Below, piece by piece: positions 58,705 through 64,000 of a stretch of DNA of 64,000 bases. Under the pieces are notes generated by a model. That model made no database searches. It saw only the letters and a program-made list of their open reading frames with translations, and was not told the DNA's origin. Each line of letters starts with the position of its first letter. Within the stretch, counting starts at the first letter, position 1. Location of the stretch: the NCBI RefSeq assembly GCF_009914755.1, contig NC_060939.1; one strand, written 5' to 3'. Position numbers and translations under genes: made by a program. This stretch comes from the human T2T-CHM13v2.0 reference genome, Homo sapiens.

Positions 58705-60454
58705 ATTGGAGTAACCACATTCCATCTTATATTTCCCACTATTTACAACCAAACTCTGGATGAAATCTCTAAAGCAACCATCAGAAGACTGAGAGGCAGA
58801 GAAAAGAAGGTGACTTGGCCAGGGATTCTGAGACATGAGGAACAACCAGGTGGTGAGTTCCTTGTTATGATTTCCCTCCCGTATATCTTCATTTGAGTAC
58901 CGGAGAGGCCCACACTCAGAAATACCAACAGGCACAAAAAACAAAGGCTCCAAGGAAAGCTTACTTTCTCTAGGCAAAAGTATTGATAACGGGCAGCCCT
59001 GAGAGATAGAACACATTCTACACCAGATGAACAGATGGTATAAAAAAAAAAGTGATACAATCCTCCAACCCCATGCAACACCGCAGCTGCAGGGACTGAG
59101 GGCAGAGCCCTGTCAACCATCCCTGTCCTACCCTAATGATCAGGGACCCTTTCTTCTCCCGACTTGGAGTCTATGGTCAGGGAGACCGTGTTAGTTTGTC
59201 CTCCTGCTGCTAATAAAGACATCCCTGTGACTGGGTAGTTTATAAAGGAAAGAGGTTTAACTGACTCACAGCTTAGCATGGCTGAGGAGGCCTCAGGAAA
59301 TTACAGTCATGGCAAAAGGGGAAGCACACATGTCCTTCTTCACATGGTGGCATCAAGGAGAAGTGCCAAGCAAAAAGGGGAAAAGCCCCTTACAAAACCA
59401 TCAGATCTCATGAGAGCTCACTCACTGTCATGAGAACAGCAGCATAGGGTAACCGCCCTTATGATTCCATTACCTCCCACTGGGTCCCTCCCATGACATG
59501 TGGAGATTATGGGAGCTACAATTCAAGATGAGATTTGGGTGTGGACACAGACAAACCATATCAGAGACTGTAGTGGAGACCTGTTTGGCCATTTCTGTCT
59601 TGCATTAAGGAGAAAGAACCCTTCCTCCTCTACACCAGGACTCAGAGCAAACTTCAGGGTGAAGCCCTTTCAACTATTCTGATCCTACACTAACATGGGT
59701 AGAAGTGGCACCCCTCCCCCAATACCTATCACTGTGGAGACTGTAGAGTGAATCCTTTCTACCATCCCTCTGCTGCACTAAGCAAATGTCAGCAAAGAGG
59801 TGATGCTTCTCTCCCACTCCACTGGTGCATAGACTGTGACCATCCCCACCGTGCACGAAGCAAACAGCAGCAAAGAGGCAGCACCTCCTCCCCTCCCAAT
59901 TAGAGCAGGGTAGGTAGGATTACGGAGGAGAGAACCTGTGTATTAATTCCTGGGCAGACCCCCAAGCAGCCTATGCCTAATAAGAATCAACACATTAGAA
60001 GATTGGAGAACTGAGCTGCAGTGTCAAACACTGCTATCATTTCACATTGGCCTCTGGGCAGCACATAAGCTGGGAAGACCAGGGTAGCAAACTAAATTGG
60101 CATTTGAATCTCAGCCTATGAAAGTGTACCGGAACATGCATCCTGAAGCTAAACAGGTTGACTGCCTGCTGAAAGAAGATTTAAATAGAAACCAGAACTT
60201 CATGACACAACACTCAGAATGTCCTAGTTACAATCCACAATTACTCATCACACTATGACCAAGGACATCTCAATTTGAATGCAAAAAGGCAAACAACAGA
60301 CAGCAACACCAAGATAATACAGATACTATAATTGTCTGACAAGGGTTTTAAGGAACCAGCATAAAAATGCTCCAAAAAGTAAATAGTAACACTGTGGGAG
60401 AAAAAAAAAAAGAAAAAATAGAAACTCTAAACAAAGGAAAAGAAAACTTACCAC
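58705..60454 (+). mobile_element. Second old L1M 5' region, host of THE1 and the young L1
   Basis: A-rich L1M 5'/ORF1-start-like sequence (gaatgtcctagttacaatcc...ttactcatcac...ctgacaagggttttaagg). Confidence 0.55.
59187..59563 (-). mobile_element. THE1C/D MaLR solo LTR
   Basis: aaggaaagaggtttaactgactcacag...ctacaattcaagatgagatttgggt...aaccatatca; 5-bp TSD gagac. Confidence 0.92.
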
Positions 60455-61357
60455 GGGAGGAGCCAAGATGTCCGAATAGGAACAGCTCTGGTCTACAGCT
60501 CCCAGCGTGAGCGACGCAGAAGATGGGTGATTTCTGCATTTCCATCTGAGGTACCGGGTTCATCTCACTAGGGAGTGCCAGACAGTGGGCGCAGGTCAGT
60601 GGGTGCGTGCACCGTGCGCGAGCCGAAGCAGGGCGAGGCATTGCCTCACTTGGGAAGAGCAAGGGGTCAGGGAGTTCCCTTTCCGAGTCAAAGAAAGGGG
60701 TGACGGACGGCACCTGGAAAATCGGGTCACTCCCACCCGAATATTGCGCTTTTCAGACCCGCTTAAAAAACGGCGCACCACGAGATTATATCCCGCACCT
60801 GGCTCGGAGGGTCCTACCCCACGGAGTCACACTGATTGCTAGCACAGCAGTCTGAGATCAAACTGCAAGGCGGCAGCGAGGCTGGGGGAGGGGCGCCCGC
60901 CATTGCCCAGGCTTCCTTAGGTAAACAAAGCAGCCTAAAGCTCGAACTGGGTGGAGCCCACCACAGCTCCAGGAGGCCTGCCTGCCTCTGTAGGCTCCAC
61001 CTATGGGGGCAGGGCACAGCCAAACAAAAAGACAGCAGTAACCTCTGCAGACTTAAATGTCCCTGTCTGACAGCTTTGAAGAGAGCAGTGGTTCTCCCAG
61101 TACACAGCTGGAGATATGGGAACCGGCAGACTGCCTCCTCAAGTGGGTCCCTGACCCCTGACCCCTGAGCAGCCTAACAGGGAGGCACCCCCCAGCAGGG
61201 GCAGACTGACACCTCACAGGGCCCAGTACTCCAACAGACCTGCAGCTGAGGGTCCTGTCTGTTAGAAGGAAAACTAACAAACAGAAAGGACATCCACACC
61301 GAAAACCCATCTGTACATCACCATCATCAAAGACCAAAAGTAGATAAAACCACAAAG
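60455..61357 (+). promoter_or_regulatory. L1 5'UTR internal sense and antisense promoter (CpG island)
   Basis: Established L1PA architecture; many CpGs retained; YY1 site altered. Confidence 0.8.
60814..60903 (-). pseudogene. L1 ORF0, truncated to 29 codons
   Basis: MAGAPPPASLPPCSLISDCCASNQCDSVG*; a 1-nt deletion (ctaccccacgg vs ctacgcccacgg) shifts the VRRFLS... part out of frame. Confidence 0.8.
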
Positions 61358-62375
61358 ATGGGGAAAAAACAGAACAGAAAAACTGGAAACTCTAGAAAGC
61401 AGAGCGCCTCTCCTCCTCCAAAGGAACGCAGTTCCTCACCAGCAACGGAACAAAGCTGGATGGAGAATGACTTTGACGAGCTGAGAGAAGAAGGCTTCAG
61501 ACAATCAAATTACTCTGAGCTACGGGAGGACATTCAAACCAAAGGCAAAGAAGTTGAAAAACTTTGGAAAAAATTTAGAAGAATGTATAACTAGAATAAC
61601 CAATACAGAGAAGTGCTTAAAGGAGCTGATGGAGCTGAAAACCAAGGCTCGAGAACTACGTGAAGAATGCAGAAGCCTCAGGAGCCGATGCGATCAACTG
61701 GAAGAAAGGGTATCAGCGATGGAAGATGAAATGAATGAAATGAAGTGAGAAGGGAAGTTTAGAGAAAAAAGAATAAAAACAAATGAGCAAAGCCTCCAAG
61801 AAATATGGGACTATGTGAAAAGACCAAATCTACGTCTGATTGGTGTACCTGAAAGTGATGGGGAGAATGGAACCAAGTTGGAAAACACTCTGCAGGATAT
61901 TATCCAGGAGAACTTCCCCAATCTAGCAAGGCAGGCCAACGTTCAGATTCAGGAAATACAGAGAACGCCACAAAGATACTCCTCGAGAAGAGCAACTCCA
62001 AGACACATAACTGTCAGATTCACCAAAGTTGAAATGAAGGAAAAAATGTTAAGGGCAGCCAGAGAGAAAGGTCGGGTTACCCTCAAAGGGAAGCCCATCA
62101 GACTAACAGCGGATCTCTCAGCAGAAACCCTACAAGCTAGAAGAGAGTGGGGGCCAATATTCAACATTCTTAAAGACAAGAATTTTCAACCCAGAATTTC
62201 ACATCCAGCCAAACTAAGCTTCATAAGCAAAGGAGAAATAAAATACTTTACAGACAAGCAAATGCTGAGAGATTTTGTCACCACCAGGCCTGCCCTAAAA
62301 GAGCTCCTGAAGGAAGCACTAAACATGGAAAGGAACAACTGGTACCAGCCGCTGCAAAATCATGCCAAAATGTAA
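61358..62375 (+). pseudogene. L1 ORF1p, disrupted
   Basis: MGKKQNRKTGNS... to ...LQNHAKM*; +1 A near 61560 and CGA>TGA at 61746-61748. Confidence 0.95.
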
Positions 62376-62411
62376 AGACCATCAAGACTAGGAAGAAACT
62401 GCATCAACTAA

Positions 62412-64000
<1,589 letters not shown>

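Overview
Primate (great-ape/human-type) non-coding genomic DNA, intergenic or deep intronic. I cannot support any cellular protein-coding gene, RNA gene or CRISPR array, and I cannot name the locus. Most of the window is transposable elements: about 19 Alu/Alu monomers, an 18 kb nested LINE-1 block (16.6-34.8 kb), a young L1PA2/PA3-type element starting at 60455 that runs off the end with broken ORF1/ORF2/ORF0, MaLR/ERV solo LTRs, DNA transposons (MER6, Zaphod, Arthur1, MER30), and HAL1/L2/MIR remnants. Two GC-rich, TE-poor blocks (10.8-15.8 kb and 43.5-54.7 kb) hold the unexplained structure: three non-TE inverted duplications, several direct/tandem duplications, a 36-bp minisatellite and motif clusters that look like enhancers. 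Other highlights are a locally templated inverted insertion inside the L1PB and a YY1-site mutation in the young L1 promoter. Subfamily names come from my recollection of consensus sequences and need RepeatMasker/Dfam confirmation. I found no convincing evidence of a new biological system; the findings are testable leads.
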